DNA of 64,000 nucleotides from Alphaproteobacteria bacterium (GTDB lineage Bacteria; Desulfobacterota; Binatia; UBA12015): NCBI GenBank assembly GCA_017853315.1, contig JAFMJW010000002.1, positions 8,818 to 72,817 of the forward strand, read 5' to 3'. Shown piece by piece: positions 9,729 to 18,290 of this stretch (position 1 is its first letter; each line of letters starts with the position of its first letter). The notes under the pieces were generated by a model. It saw only the letters and a program-made list of their open reading frames with translations, ran no database searches and was not told where the DNA came from. The position numbers and the translations under genes were made by a program.

Positions 9729-11144
9729 ATGGCAAAGAAGATCCTCGGCGCGCTCGCCGCGATGGCGCTCTCGCTGCTCGTCGTGCTGGCCGGGCTCGAG
9801 GCCGTCCTGCACGCGATCGGCTACCCGCGCACGAAGACCGGCCACCAGCGCTTCTTCGTCGAGTACGACGCGGATCGCGGCTGGCGCAACGTCCCGGGAG
9901 CGTCCGGTCTCTTCTCGACCGACGAGTACGACGTCGAGCTGCAGTACAACTCGCGCGGCATCCGCGGCCCCGAGCGCGATCGGGCGAAGCCCGAAGGCGT
10001 CCGTCGCGTGGTCGTCCTGGGCGACTCCTTCATCGAGGGCTACTCCGTGCCGCGCGAGCAGCGCGTCTCCGAGGTGCTCGAGGGACTGCTCTCGAAGCGC
10101 GATCCCGCGCACCGCTGGGAGGTGATCGCGCTCGGCACCGCCGGCTACTCGACCGACCAGGAGCTGCTGTGGCTGCGCTCCGAGGGGCTCGCCTACCGGC
10201 CCGACGTGGTCGTCGACATGTTCTACATGAACGACGTCTGGTTCAACGGCCAGTCGAAGTACTGGCGCGGCGAGAAGCCGGCGTTCGTGCTCGAGAACGG
10301 CGAGCTCCGCCTCGTGAACGTGCCGGTTCCCGACACGCGCCCCGCGGGCGAGAAGAAGAAGGCGAAGAAGGAGAGCGGCGGCCTCGGCCACTGGATCCGC
10401 TCGCGATCCAAGCTGGTCGCGCTCGCCCAGCTCGCGCTCGAGAACTCGCCCGGGCTCCGGGACGCGGCGGCGCGGGCCGGCCTGGTCTCGCCACGCAAGG
10501 AAGACGAGGACGACGAGACGCCCCACGTCTCCGACGAGCTGAGCGTGTTCCAGAAGGAACCGCCGGCCGCGACCGAGAACGGCTGGACGATGACCGGCGC
10601 GATCCTCGGCCGGATGAAGCGCGAATCGAACGCCGCCGGCGCCTCCTTCATCGCCTTCCACATCCCGCTGAAGGGCACCGTCTACCCGGAGAGCTGGGCA
10701 CCGACGCTCGCGAAGCTCGGCATTCCCGCGGACCGGCTCGACCCCGAGCGGGTGCGCGACCGCTTCCTCGGGATCTGCGCCGCGGAAACGCTCGACTGCA
10801 TCGAGCCCACCGACGAGTTCCGCCGTGCGGCGGAGGACGGCAAGGCGAAGGGCGAGCGCCTCTACTGGGTCGTCGACAACCACTGGAACGCGGGCGGGCA
10901 TGCGCTCGCCGCGGAACTCCTCGCCCGGCGCATCCTCTCGCTCCCGGCGACGCCGCCGCCGCCCGCCCCCGCAGCGCAGGCCGCTCCGGACGGATCGCCG
11001 AGCGCGGAGCCGCGAGCGGCGACGCCCCCGGCCGACGCCACGCGCCCGTCGGACGGCAGCCGCGCCCCCGCCGGGCCGTCCGCCGTCGCCGAGCCTGCCG
11101 CGTCACGCGTCGCGCCGCGGCGACGGGATCAGAACAGCGTGTAG
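9729..11144 (+). CDS. Membrane-anchored SGNH/GDSL-type esterase or acyltransferase (AlgJ/AlgX-like), paralog A
   Basis: N-terminal TM anchor ILGALAAMALSLLVVLAGL. Block I is VVVLGDSFIEGY, block III is MFYMNDVW, and the C-terminal motif VVDNHWNAGGHALAAELLA is present. A Pro/Ala-rich tail follows. The 3' end overlaps the convergent paralog B by 16 bp. Confidence 0.7.
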   Translation: MAKKILGALAAMALSLLVVLAGLEAVLHAIGYPRTKTGHQRFFVEYDADRGWRNVPGASGLFSTDEYDVELQYNSRGIRGPERDRAKPEGVRRVVVLGDSFIEGYSVPREQRVSEVLEGLLSKRDPAHRWEVIALGTAGYSTDQELLWLRSEGLAYRPDVVVDMFYMNDVWFNGQSKYWRGEKPAFVLENGELRLVNVPVPDTRPAGEKKKAKKESGGLGHWIRSRSKLVALAQLALENSPGLRDAAARAGLVSPRKEDEDDETPHVSDELSVFQKEPPAATENGWTMTGAILGRMKRESNAAGASFIAFHIPLKGTVYPESWAPTLAKLGIPADRLDPERVRDRFLGICAAETLDCIEPTDEFRRAAEDGKAKGERLYWVVDNHWNAGGHALAAELLARRILSLPATPPPPAPAAQAAPDGSPSAEPRAATPPADATRPSDGSRAPAGPSAVAEPAASRVAPRRRDQNSV

Positions 11145-12685
11145 ATGAACGGCGCGAGCCACGGCGACGAGGCCGCGACGACCAGCAGTCCGCCGATCGA
11201 GAGCAGTCCGACCAGCACCGGCAGCAGGTACCACTGCCCGCGCCGCACGAACGAGCCGAAGAGCTCGCCCATGACCGGCATGCGCTCGCGCAGGTACCAG
11301 AGGATCGCGCCGAGCAGGCCGACGACGATCGCGGTCGACACCCAGCGCGAGAGCCACGGCGGCAGGATCCACGTCAGCAGGTCCATGCCGAGGAAGCTCG
11401 CGGCGACCGTGCCGAGGAGCGCCGCGACCCAGCCGTAGGCGTAGCCCGCGCCGAGGTCGGGAAAGCGGCGCAGGAAGAGCGTCCCGAGGATCGCCCAGAG
11501 TGCGCCGAAGACGCCGAGGTTGCGCAGCCAGCGGCCCGCTCCCTCCGAGGCCTCGTCGGGGAGGTCGAGTGCGCGGCCCTCGCGCGGCGGCGCACCGAGG
11601 AGGTCCGGCTGCGCGAGCGCCTGCGTGAGCAGGTTCGCGAGCACGCGGTTGCCCGCCGGGTTGGTGTGCCAGTCGCGGCCGAAGAAGAGCTGGCGCTTGC
11701 CGCCGTCGGCCGCCTGCTTCATCGCCGGCAACGCGTCGATCACCGGGAGTCCGGCCGCCTTCGCGGCCTCGACCATGCCCCGGTAGGGGCGGTCGGGGTC
11801 GTAGCCCGGATCCGCGATCTGCTCGGCCATCGCCGCGCGCGACTGCGGATCGACCTGCGCCTTGTCGGGGATCACGAGCACGACCGGCTTCGCGCCGATC
11901 CTGCGCGCGACCGCTGCAAACGCCCGCAGCGCCGCGCGCGTCTCGGGCCAGCCGGCGGCGCCGTCGCGCAGGCGGGCGCCCCACTCCGCGGGCATCGGGC
12001 GCGGGCCGTCGAGCATCGGCATCGAGGGTCCGCCGGACAGCCCGCCGACCAGGTTGCCGAGCGCCGTGTTCCGCTGCAGCCACGGATCGCGGCCGGGGTC
12101 GGCCAGCGCGGGCAGCGCCTCGATCGACGGGACCGCGTCGCCCTCGACCCGCAGGCGCGGCTTCGGATAACGGAGGTAGCGGTCCTGCGAGTTCCAGAAG
12201 ACGTCGTTCTCGTACATCTGGAGCACGACGACGTCGGGCGAGTACTTCGCGCCCTCGCGGGCGAGCCAGAGCACTTCCTGGTCGGTCGAGTAACCCTCGG
12301 TGCCTCCGTTGATCACCTGCACGGAGCGCCCCTGCGAGGCGAGTTCCTTCTCGAGCAGCCCGGTGATCGTGTCGGGGCTGTCGACCGTGTAGCCGAGCGT
12401 GAAGGAATCGCCGACCACGAGCACGCGCTGCTCGCCGGCCGGCTTCTCGTAGCCCAGCGACTCGTCCTCGCGCAGGCCGCGCGAGTTGGTCGCGAAAGTG
12501 ACGTCGAACTCGCCGGTGTGACGGCGGATCGACGTCGACGGCGTCTTCGTCCAGCCGAGCGCCGGGTCGAAGACGTTCATCGTCGCCTTCGGGCCGAAGC
12601 CGACGAGGCGCAGACCGCCCTCGAAGACGAGCAGCAGGATGAGCAGCGAGACGAGAGCGGCGATGACCTGGTGGATGCGATTCAA
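11129..12685 (-). CDS. SGNH/GDSL-type esterase paralog B fused to a C-terminal polytopic membrane region ending in a DUF5989 (SxtK-like) module
   Basis: TTG start at 12685 (xNRIHQVIAALVSLLILLLVF). Motifs: VLVVGDSFTLGY, QMYENDVF, GRDWHTNPAGNRVLANLL. About three TM helices follow, then ...MGELFGSFVRRGQWYLLPVLVGLLSIGGLLVVAASSPWLAPFIYTLF*. I recall APFIYTLF as the DUF5989 C-terminal hallmark. Confidence 0.7.
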   Translation of the reverse strand: MNRIHQVIAALVSLLILLLVFEGGLRLVGFGPKATMNVFDPALGWTKTPSTSIRRHTGEFDVTFATNSRGLREDESLGYEKPAGEQRVLVVGDSFTLGYTVDSPDTITGLLEKELASQGRSVQVINGGTEGYSTDQEVLWLAREGAKYSPDVVVLQMYENDVFWNSQDRYLRYPKPRLRVEGDAVPSIEALPALADPGRDPWLQRNTALGNLVGGLSGGPSMPMLDGPRPMPAEWGARLRDGAAGWPETRAALRAFAAVARRIGAKPVVLVIPDKAQVDPQSRAAMAEQIADPGYDPDRPYRGMVEAAKAAGLPVIDALPAMKQAADGGKRQLFFGRDWHTNPAGNRVLANLLTQALAQPDLLGAPPREGRALDLPDEASEGAGRWLRNLGVFGALWAILGTLFLRRFPDLGAGYAYGWVAALLGTVAASFLGMDLLTWILPPWLSRWVSTAIVVGLLGAILWYLRERMPVMGELFGSFVRRGQWYLLPVLVGLLSIGGLLVVAASSPWLAPFIYTLF

Positions 12686-12689
12686 GATG

Positions 12690-12920
12690 TCATCCCTGGC
12701 GATGGGCCTCGGGCAGCGTGTCGTTCTCCTCCTGCCAGGGCAGGAAGGACGAGTCGGCCGGTCGGCGCGTGCGCAGCGGGTCGGAGAGGAGCCTGCCGAC
12801 GAGCGCGACCGGCCCGAGCAGGACGTAGTAGAGGGCGCCCAGGATCAGGTTTCCGACGACCTCCCCGAAGCGGTGCAGGAAGGTCACGGCGGACTGAAGG
12901 AACGTCGGGGTCTCATCCAT
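12690..12920 (-). CDS. Small membrane protein resembling the C-terminal half of the SxtJ family
   Basis: 76-aa ORF containing FLHRFGEVVGNLILGALYYVLLGPVALVGRLLSDPLRTRR...FLPWQE. This resembles the SxtJ-family helix followed by R-L-L-G-x-D-P-L, from memory of the family. It stops 4 nt before the next start. Confidence 0.45.
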   Translation of the reverse strand: MDETPTFLQSAVTFLHRFGEVVGNLILGALYYVLLGPVALVGRLLSDPLRTRRPADSSFLPWQEENDTLPEAHRQG

Positions 12921-13080
12921 GGTGGCTTGGGTCCGTGGCCGCAGGCGGCTCGGGTCGCGGGAGCGGGCCGCGCCGACACGGCCCGACGCTCCGATCTTGG
13001 CACTTCCGATGGAACGCTGGCTTAGCAGGCCGGCGCGAACGCGGCACCCCCGGGCGCCGCGTCCCGGGCCCGCGCGTCGG

Positions 13081-13944
13081 TCAGGTGCCCGGGCTCCGGA
13101 ACAGCGGCAGGTTCGCCGCCCGGGCGGCCTGCACAGCCTTGTAGCCCCACCAGATCGGCGCGTGAAACCATTGCGTCGGCCCGTCCCACGGCTCCGTGGG
13201 AGCGGTCAGCCGGGACAGGTCCGCCTTCTTCGCGCACAGGAACGCGCGACGCAGCCCGATCTTGTAGCGCTTCGACCCGTTCCAGTCCGAGAACTCCGGC
13301 TTCAGGACGACGCCCTGGTAGCCGAAGTTCTGCACCATGTCGCGGATCGCCTCCTTGGTGGGCGAGCTCACGAGCTCGTACTCCATCGTCGCGCGCGGGT
13401 CGTTCGTCGACTCGCGGCGGTAGCGCAGGAAGGAGCCGGGCAGCCGGATGATGCCCGTGTCGATGACGAGCACGTCGCTGTTCACGCGCGAGATGAGTTC
13501 GATCAGGTTCACCGGCTTCGCGATGTGGTACATGAGGCCGAAGCAGAAGACGACGTCGAACGGCGCCCACTTCGAGAGGTCGACGTCGTACAGGTTGCCG
13601 ACCACGAAATCGTAGCGGCTCTTGTCGATCCCCTTCACCTCGAAGACGAAGTTGGCCTGGTCGGCGTGCATCTGGCGGCCGTCGACGCCGAGCACGAAGT
13701 CCGCGCCGGCCTCGGCCGCGTTGAGCGACCAGAAGCCGGCGTTGCAGCCGAGGTCGAGGACGCGCTTTCCCTTCAGCGAGCCGCCGAAGAGCTGCACGAC
13801 CGGGTCGAAGAAGTAGCGCTTGCGCTCGCGGTGCCGGACGATCCACTTCTCGCGGAAGATCGGGGTGAGGTTCCCGGCGAGGTCGAACTGGTAGTGCCAG
13901 CGCGGGAAACTCGCGATCTTCGCCCGGATTTCTTCCTGGTCCAT
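13081..13944 (-). CDS. Class I SAM-dependent methyltransferase (CmoB/DUF1698-like)
   Basis: Start reset to ATG 13944 (MDQEEIRAKIASFPRWHYQFDL...). The SAM motif is KRVLDLGCNAGFWSLNAAEAGADFVLGVD and post-I is FCFGLMYH. 287 aa. Confidence 0.8.
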   Translation of the reverse strand: MDQEEIRAKIASFPRWHYQFDLAGNLTPIFREKWIVRHRERKRYFFDPVVQLFGGSLKGKRVLDLGCNAGFWSLNAAEAGADFVLGVDGRQMHADQANFVFEVKGIDKSRYDFVVGNLYDVDLSKWAPFDVVFCFGLMYHIAKPVNLIELISRVNSDVLVIDTGIIRLPGSFLRYRRESTNDPRATMEYELVSSPTKEAIRDMVQNFGYQGVVLKPEFSDWNGSKRYKIGLRRAFLCAKKADLSRLTAPTEPWDGPTQWFHAPIWWGYKAVQAARAANLPLFRSPGT

Positions 13945-14113
13945 CGGTGGTCCTCGTCGTGTGGGGAGACGCGGAGCAGGCCCCGGGGCCGTTCCTCCGC
14001 GAAGCCCGGACCTTAACGAGGATCTCGCGCCGCGACTAGCAGGCGTGCCCCCCGGGGGCGCCATGGCGGATGCGACGGCGGAAGGCCGTCCGACCGGCCG
14101 TGGACCCCCTCGA

Positions 14114-14142
14114 TTGACACTTCCGGAGCCCGGCGGATAGGC
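14114..14142 (+). promoter_or_regulatory. Candidate sigma70-like promoter for the DUF1329-like gene
   Basis: TTGACA (14114-14119), a 17-nt spacer, then ATAGGC (14137-14142). It lies about 50 nt upstream of ATG 14193. The -10 is weak and this is a pattern match only. Confidence 0.2.
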
Positions 14143-14192
14143 CGGAGACCGCCGGAGACGCGTCGCGGGCGCGCTCCCGGAGGGGGTCACCG

Positions 14193-15518
14193 ATGAAGAA
14201 GCGTGCTCTGCCGTTCGCCCTCGTCCTCGCCGTCGCGGCGGCCCTGTCGGGCACGGCCCGGGCCGACGCCCCGCAGCCCGGGGTCCCGCCGGGGGGAACC
14301 CTCGACGAGAAGACCTGGAAGCAGGCCGAGAATCTCTTCCCCGAGGAGATCCTCGCGCACTACCGCGACGGCAAGTTCACCTCCCCGGTGGGCAAGATCG
14401 TCGCCCCCTACCAGCTCGACCAGAGCTTCCTCGCGGCCTCGGAAGCCAACGCGGGCAAGTTCGCGATCTCGCCCGAGGGGTCGCTCGTCGAGGCCGCGAC
14501 CGGCAAGCCGCCGGAATACAGCTTCGGACTGCCCTTTCCGAAGATCGACCCGAACGACCCGCAGGCCGCCGAGAAGATCCTCTGGAACTACGAGTACGCC
14601 TACTGGTCGAACGGCTCGAACAAGATCACCTCGCGCCTGCTGTGGCTGAACGGGGCCGGCAAGTCCCCCGAGCGCTCGGTCGTGCTGCAGTCGCTCGCGA
14701 TGGTCTACGAGGGCAACCGCCACAAGGTGGACAATCCCCAGCAGTTCAGCCGGCTCGACCGGAACCTGCTCCTCGAGCCGGCCGACGCGAACGGAACCGC
14801 GTCGCTCGGCTGGCGCTACAAGGACCCGGAGAAGCGGGACCAGCTCTGGGCCTACGTCCCGGCCCTGCGCCGCGTGCGCGCGACCAGCCCGTCGAACCGC
14901 TCCGACGGCGTGTTCGGTTCCGAGATGACGCAGGACGACGGCTTCAACGGCTTCGACGCGAAGCCGGAGGACTTCACCTACAAGCTGGTCGGCCAGAAGG
15001 ACCAGTACATGTCGTTCGCGCCCGAGGCGCTCGAGGGGAAGGTCCCCTTCACGCAGTACCCCGATGGACAGGGCTGGGGCGTGACCTCGCCGGAGTTCGT
15101 CTACGGCTACAAGCTGCCCGACCCGAAGCTGCTGGGCTGGGCGCCCGTGCAGAGCGTGCTCGTGCCCCGCCCGGTGTGGCTGCTCGAGGCGACGCCGAAG
15201 GACCGATACTACCTCTACGGCAAGATCCTGATCGCGATCGACCGCGAGACCTACAAGGTCAGCAACGTCGTGAAGTACGACTGGAAGGGCCAGCCGGTCG
15301 GCGTGTTCAACCGCGGCATCTCCTACGGCAAGGCCCCCGACGGGTACCGCTTCGTGAACCTGACCGGCGGCGGACAGGGCGGCGCCTACGCCGAGAACAC
15401 GAAGCTCGAGCGCGCGACCGCGGCCGAGGTCATGCCGAGGCCGGTCGACAACGCGATCGACATCAAGCTCGCGTTCGACGACTTCCAGCCCGACCGGCTC
15501 GTGCAGCTCGGCCGCTGA
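14193..15518 (+). CDS. Secreted DUF1329-like (LolA-like lipoprotein-sorting fold) protein
   Basis: SD GGAGGGGG sits upstream. The signal peptide is MKKRALPFALVLAVAAALSGTARA/D. At 441 aa the size fits DUF1329, as does the segment GLPFPKIDPNDPQAAEKILWNYEYAYWSNGS. The family call is from memory. Confidence 0.55.
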   Translation: MKKRALPFALVLAVAAALSGTARADAPQPGVPPGGTLDEKTWKQAENLFPEEILAHYRDGKFTSPVGKIVAPYQLDQSFLAASEANAGKFAISPEGSLVEAATGKPPEYSFGLPFPKIDPNDPQAAEKILWNYEYAYWSNGSNKITSRLLWLNGAGKSPERSVVLQSLAMVYEGNRHKVDNPQQFSRLDRNLLLEPADANGTASLGWRYKDPEKRDQLWAYVPALRRVRATSPSNRSDGVFGSEMTQDDGFNGFDAKPEDFTYKLVGQKDQYMSFAPEALEGKVPFTQYPDGQGWGVTSPEFVYGYKLPDPKLLGWAPVQSVLVPRPVWLLEATPKDRYYLYGKILIAIDRETYKVSNVVKYDWKGQPVGVFNRGISYGKAPDGYRFVNLTGGGQGGAYAENTKLERATAAEVMPRPVDNAIDIKLAFDDFQPDRLVQLGR

Positions 15519-15632
15519 CGCGGCCGGGCCTCGCGCGCGGACGGGCGCGCGGGGCGAGGGGGCGCGCGGACGGGCGCCGCGCGAACCGACGCCCGGAGCG
15601 CCGTGCCTGCTGCGGCCGCCGCACGGGTGCGG

Positions 15633-16442
15633 TCAGCGCCGCTCGACGAGCAGGCTCTGCGCGGAACGACCGATGCGGCCGCGCTCGTCCCAGAGCGCGC
15701 TCTCGGCGAGGCCCGTCCCGCCGCCCGACACCATCGTCACCGCATCGAGGCAGACCCATTCGCCGGCCGGCAGGCGGTGGAGGTGGATCGTCAGGTCGGG
15801 GTTGATGAACAGGTACTCGCCGAAGGGCAGCACCGAGCTCACGCCGTTGCCGAAGTCGGCGACCGCGGCGACGCGCTGCAGCGGGCTCGGCGTCTCGCCC
15901 GGCACCACCGCGACACGGAGCCGGATCCAGTCGGAGATCGGGCCGGGCTCGTGCCAGGAGCCGCGCGCCGCTCGATGCTCGGTCGCGTGCGAGTGGAACG
16001 CGACGATCCCGCCGCCGCGCCACGGAGCTTCGTGCGGCTCGCATTCCCCGGGCGCCGCGAACGGCCGCGACTCGCCGGCCTCGAGGGCCGCGGGCACCGG
16101 CACGTCGGCCGCCCGGATGCGCAGCATCCGGGCGCGCGCGACGACGTCCGACCCGGCGGAGAGCGTCGCCTCGAGCCACTGCACCTTGCGCCCCGGCCGC
16201 AGTTCCTCGACCCGCACCGAGAGCGGGGCGAGGGGAACCGGGCGCAGGAGCTCGACCGTGAGACGGGCCGGGTGCATCGGTCCCGCGGCCGGGGCTCCCT
16301 CGAGGGCGCGCGCGAGAAGCGCCGCGACCGGCCCGCCGTGGAGCGAGTCCGGCGACCACGGGCCGCGGGCGAAGCCGGTCGGCAGGAACGTGCCGCCGCT
16401 CGGCTCGAACAGGACCTCGGACACGGCGCGAGCGAAACCCAT
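15633..16442 (-). CDS. Acyl-CoA thioesterase-like protein (double hot-dog, TesB-like family)
   Basis: Start reset to ATG 16442 (MGFARAVSEVLFEP...). Supporting segments are GGPVAALLARALE... and ...INPDLTIHLHRLPAGEWVCLDAVT. 269 aa. Confidence 0.7.
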   Translation of the reverse strand: MGFARAVSEVLFEPSGGTFLPTGFARGPWSPDSLHGGPVAALLARALEGAPAAGPMHPARLTVELLRPVPLAPLSVRVEELRPGRKVQWLEATLSAGSDVVARARMLRIRAADVPVPAALEAGESRPFAAPGECEPHEAPWRGGGIVAFHSHATEHRAARGSWHEPGPISDWIRLRVAVVPGETPSPLQRVAAVADFGNGVSSVLPFGEYLFINPDLTIHLHRLPAGEWVCLDAVTMVSGGGTGLAESALWDERGRIGRSAQSLLVERR

Positions 16443-16593
16443 CGCGGGTCCGACCTCAAGCGAGCGGCCCCCTGCGCGCGACGTCCACGGGCGGGCGCGC
16501 CCGGTCCGCACCGGCCCCGGTGCGACGCGCGAAGGCGGCGCGGGAACCCTCCGGTCGTTGCGAGTGGTCCGCGACGCGGGCTAGCACGGGAGC

Positions 16594-18279
16594 ATGCCCA
16601 CGCCGGAGGAGGTCGATGCCCAGCTGCTCGGGCCGGGCGGGATGTTCGAACTCGCCCTGGAGAACGTCCACGGCGAGCCGATGCGCGTCTTCCGCAATCG
16701 CCCGCGCTCGCTGCGCGAGCTGGTCGAGCGCTCGGTCGGGTTCGGCGACGCGGAGTACTTCTCGTTCGGCGACCGCAGGACGAGCTTCGCAGCCCACGCG
16801 GCCGAGGTCGCCGCGGTCGCGGCCGCGCTGCGCGATCGCCACGGGGTCGGCCCCGGCGACCGGGTCGCGATCCTCGCCGCGAACTGCCCGGAATGGATCG
16901 TCGCCTTCTGGGCGACCGTGAGCCTGGGCGCGATCGCGGTCGGGCTGAACGGATGGTGGACCGGCGACGAGATCCGCTACGGGCTCGGCGACTGCCGCCC
17001 GAGGCTGCTGGTCGCCGACCGCAAGCGGCTCGCCCGCCTCGGCGGAGCGGATCCCGGCGTGCCGACGGTCGAGATCGAGTCCGGCTTCCGCGCGCTCGTC
17101 GCGCACGCACCGGGCGCCCCCCTCCCCTCGCAGCCGATCGCCGAGGACGACCCGGCGATCATTCTCTACACGAGCGGCACGACCGGACGTCCCAAGGGCG
17201 CGGTCCAGAGCCATCGCAGCGCGATCGCGATGGTCATGCTCACCTCGCTCGGCGGGGTGCGCACGATGATGACCGCGCCGCCCCCGCCGCCCGACGCGCG
17301 CGTGTTCCCGCCCTGCCTGTTCGTGACGAACCCGCTCTTCCACGTGTCGGGCCTGCAGAGCGCGGCGATCATGTCGCTCGCGACCGGTGTCCGGACGGCC
17401 TGGAACGTCGGGCGCTTCGACCCGGCGGAGGCGATGCGCACCATCGAGCGCGAGCGCTGCACGGGTTGGGGCGCGATGAACACGACCGTCTGGCGCATGC
17501 TCCGCCACCCCGACTTCGGGCGCTTCGACCTGTCCTCGCTGCGGCAGATCGGCGGGGGCGGCGCACCGACGCCGCCCGAGCTCCAGCGCCGGATGCGCGA
17601 GGCCTACCCGGGCATGCGTTCCGGCGGCCAGCTCGGGCACGGCTACGGCAGCACGGAGTCCGGCGCGCTCGCGACGCTGATCGGCGGCGAGGAGTGGGCA
17701 GCCCATCCGGACTCCGTCGGCCGGGCGCTGCCGACGGTCGAGATCGAGATCCGCGACCCGGCGAATCCGTCGGGTCCCGCCCTGCCGGAGGGAGTCGAGG
17801 GCGAGGTCTGCATCCGCAGCCCGCTCGTCATGCTCGGCTACTGGGAGCGCCCGCGCGAGACCGCCGAGACGATCCTGCCGGGGCGCTGGCTGCGCATGGG
17901 CGACGTCGGGCGCCTCGTCGACGGACGCCTCTACCTCTCGTCGCGCAAGCGCGACATGATCATTCGCGCCGGCGAGAACGTGTACCCGGTCGAGGTCGAG
18001 AACCGCCTGGTCGAGCACCCCGACGTCGCCGAGGTCGCGGTGATCGGCGCGCCGAACGAGGATCTCGGCCAGGAAGTGAAAGCCGTCGTCGTGCCGCGCG
18101 AAGGCCGTCGCCTCGACCCCGCCGCGCTCGCGGCCTTCGTCGCCGAGAAACTCGCCTACTACAAGGTGCCGTCGGCGTGGGAGATCCGCAGCGAGCCGCT
18201 GCCCCGCAACGCGACGGGCAAGGTCCTGAAGCAGGTGCTGACCGGCGAGGCGCAGAGCGCCTTCGTCGAGGACGACTGA
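16594..18279 (+). CDS. AMP-dependent acyl-CoA synthetase/ligase
   Basis: 561 aa. The AMP-binding motif is ILYTSGTTGRPKGAV. Also present: GYGSTE, a YRTGD-like segment (WLRMGDVG) and a C-terminal GKVLK. Confidence 0.85.
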   Translation: MPTPEEVDAQLLGPGGMFELALENVHGEPMRVFRNRPRSLRELVERSVGFGDAEYFSFGDRRTSFAAHAAEVAAVAAALRDRHGVGPGDRVAILAANCPEWIVAFWATVSLGAIAVGLNGWWTGDEIRYGLGDCRPRLLVADRKRLARLGGADPGVPTVEIESGFRALVAHAPGAPLPSQPIAEDDPAIILYTSGTTGRPKGAVQSHRSAIAMVMLTSLGGVRTMMTAPPPPPDARVFPPCLFVTNPLFHVSGLQSAAIMSLATGVRTAWNVGRFDPAEAMRTIERERCTGWGAMNTTVWRMLRHPDFGRFDLSSLRQIGGGGAPTPPELQRRMREAYPGMRSGGQLGHGYGSTESGALATLIGGEEWAAHPDSVGRALPTVEIEIRDPANPSGPALPEGVEGEVCIRSPLVMLGYWERPRETAETILPGRWLRMGDVGRLVDGRLYLSSRKRDMIIRAGENVYPVEVENRLVEHPDVAEVAVIGAPNEDLGQEVKAVVVPREGRRLDPAALAAFVAEKLAYYKVPSAWEIRSEPLPRNATGKVLKQVLTGEAQSAFVEDD

Positions 18280-18290
18280 AGGAGCCGCCG

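Noticed and set aside
9464-9730. 89-aa N-terminal extension of the carbamoyltransferase ORF
   Set aside because: It is Arg/Pro/Gly-rich with no family counterpart. The family N-terminus (MNILGLSFYYHDS) begins at the internal ATG 9463. The extension would also abut the divergent gene start at 9729.
7703-13144. 1813-aa plus-strand ORF spanning the carbamoyltransferase/SGNH cluster
   Set aside because: It is antisense or out of frame to four motif-bearing genes. The product is a low-complexity R/A/G/D/E string. It is a GC artefact.
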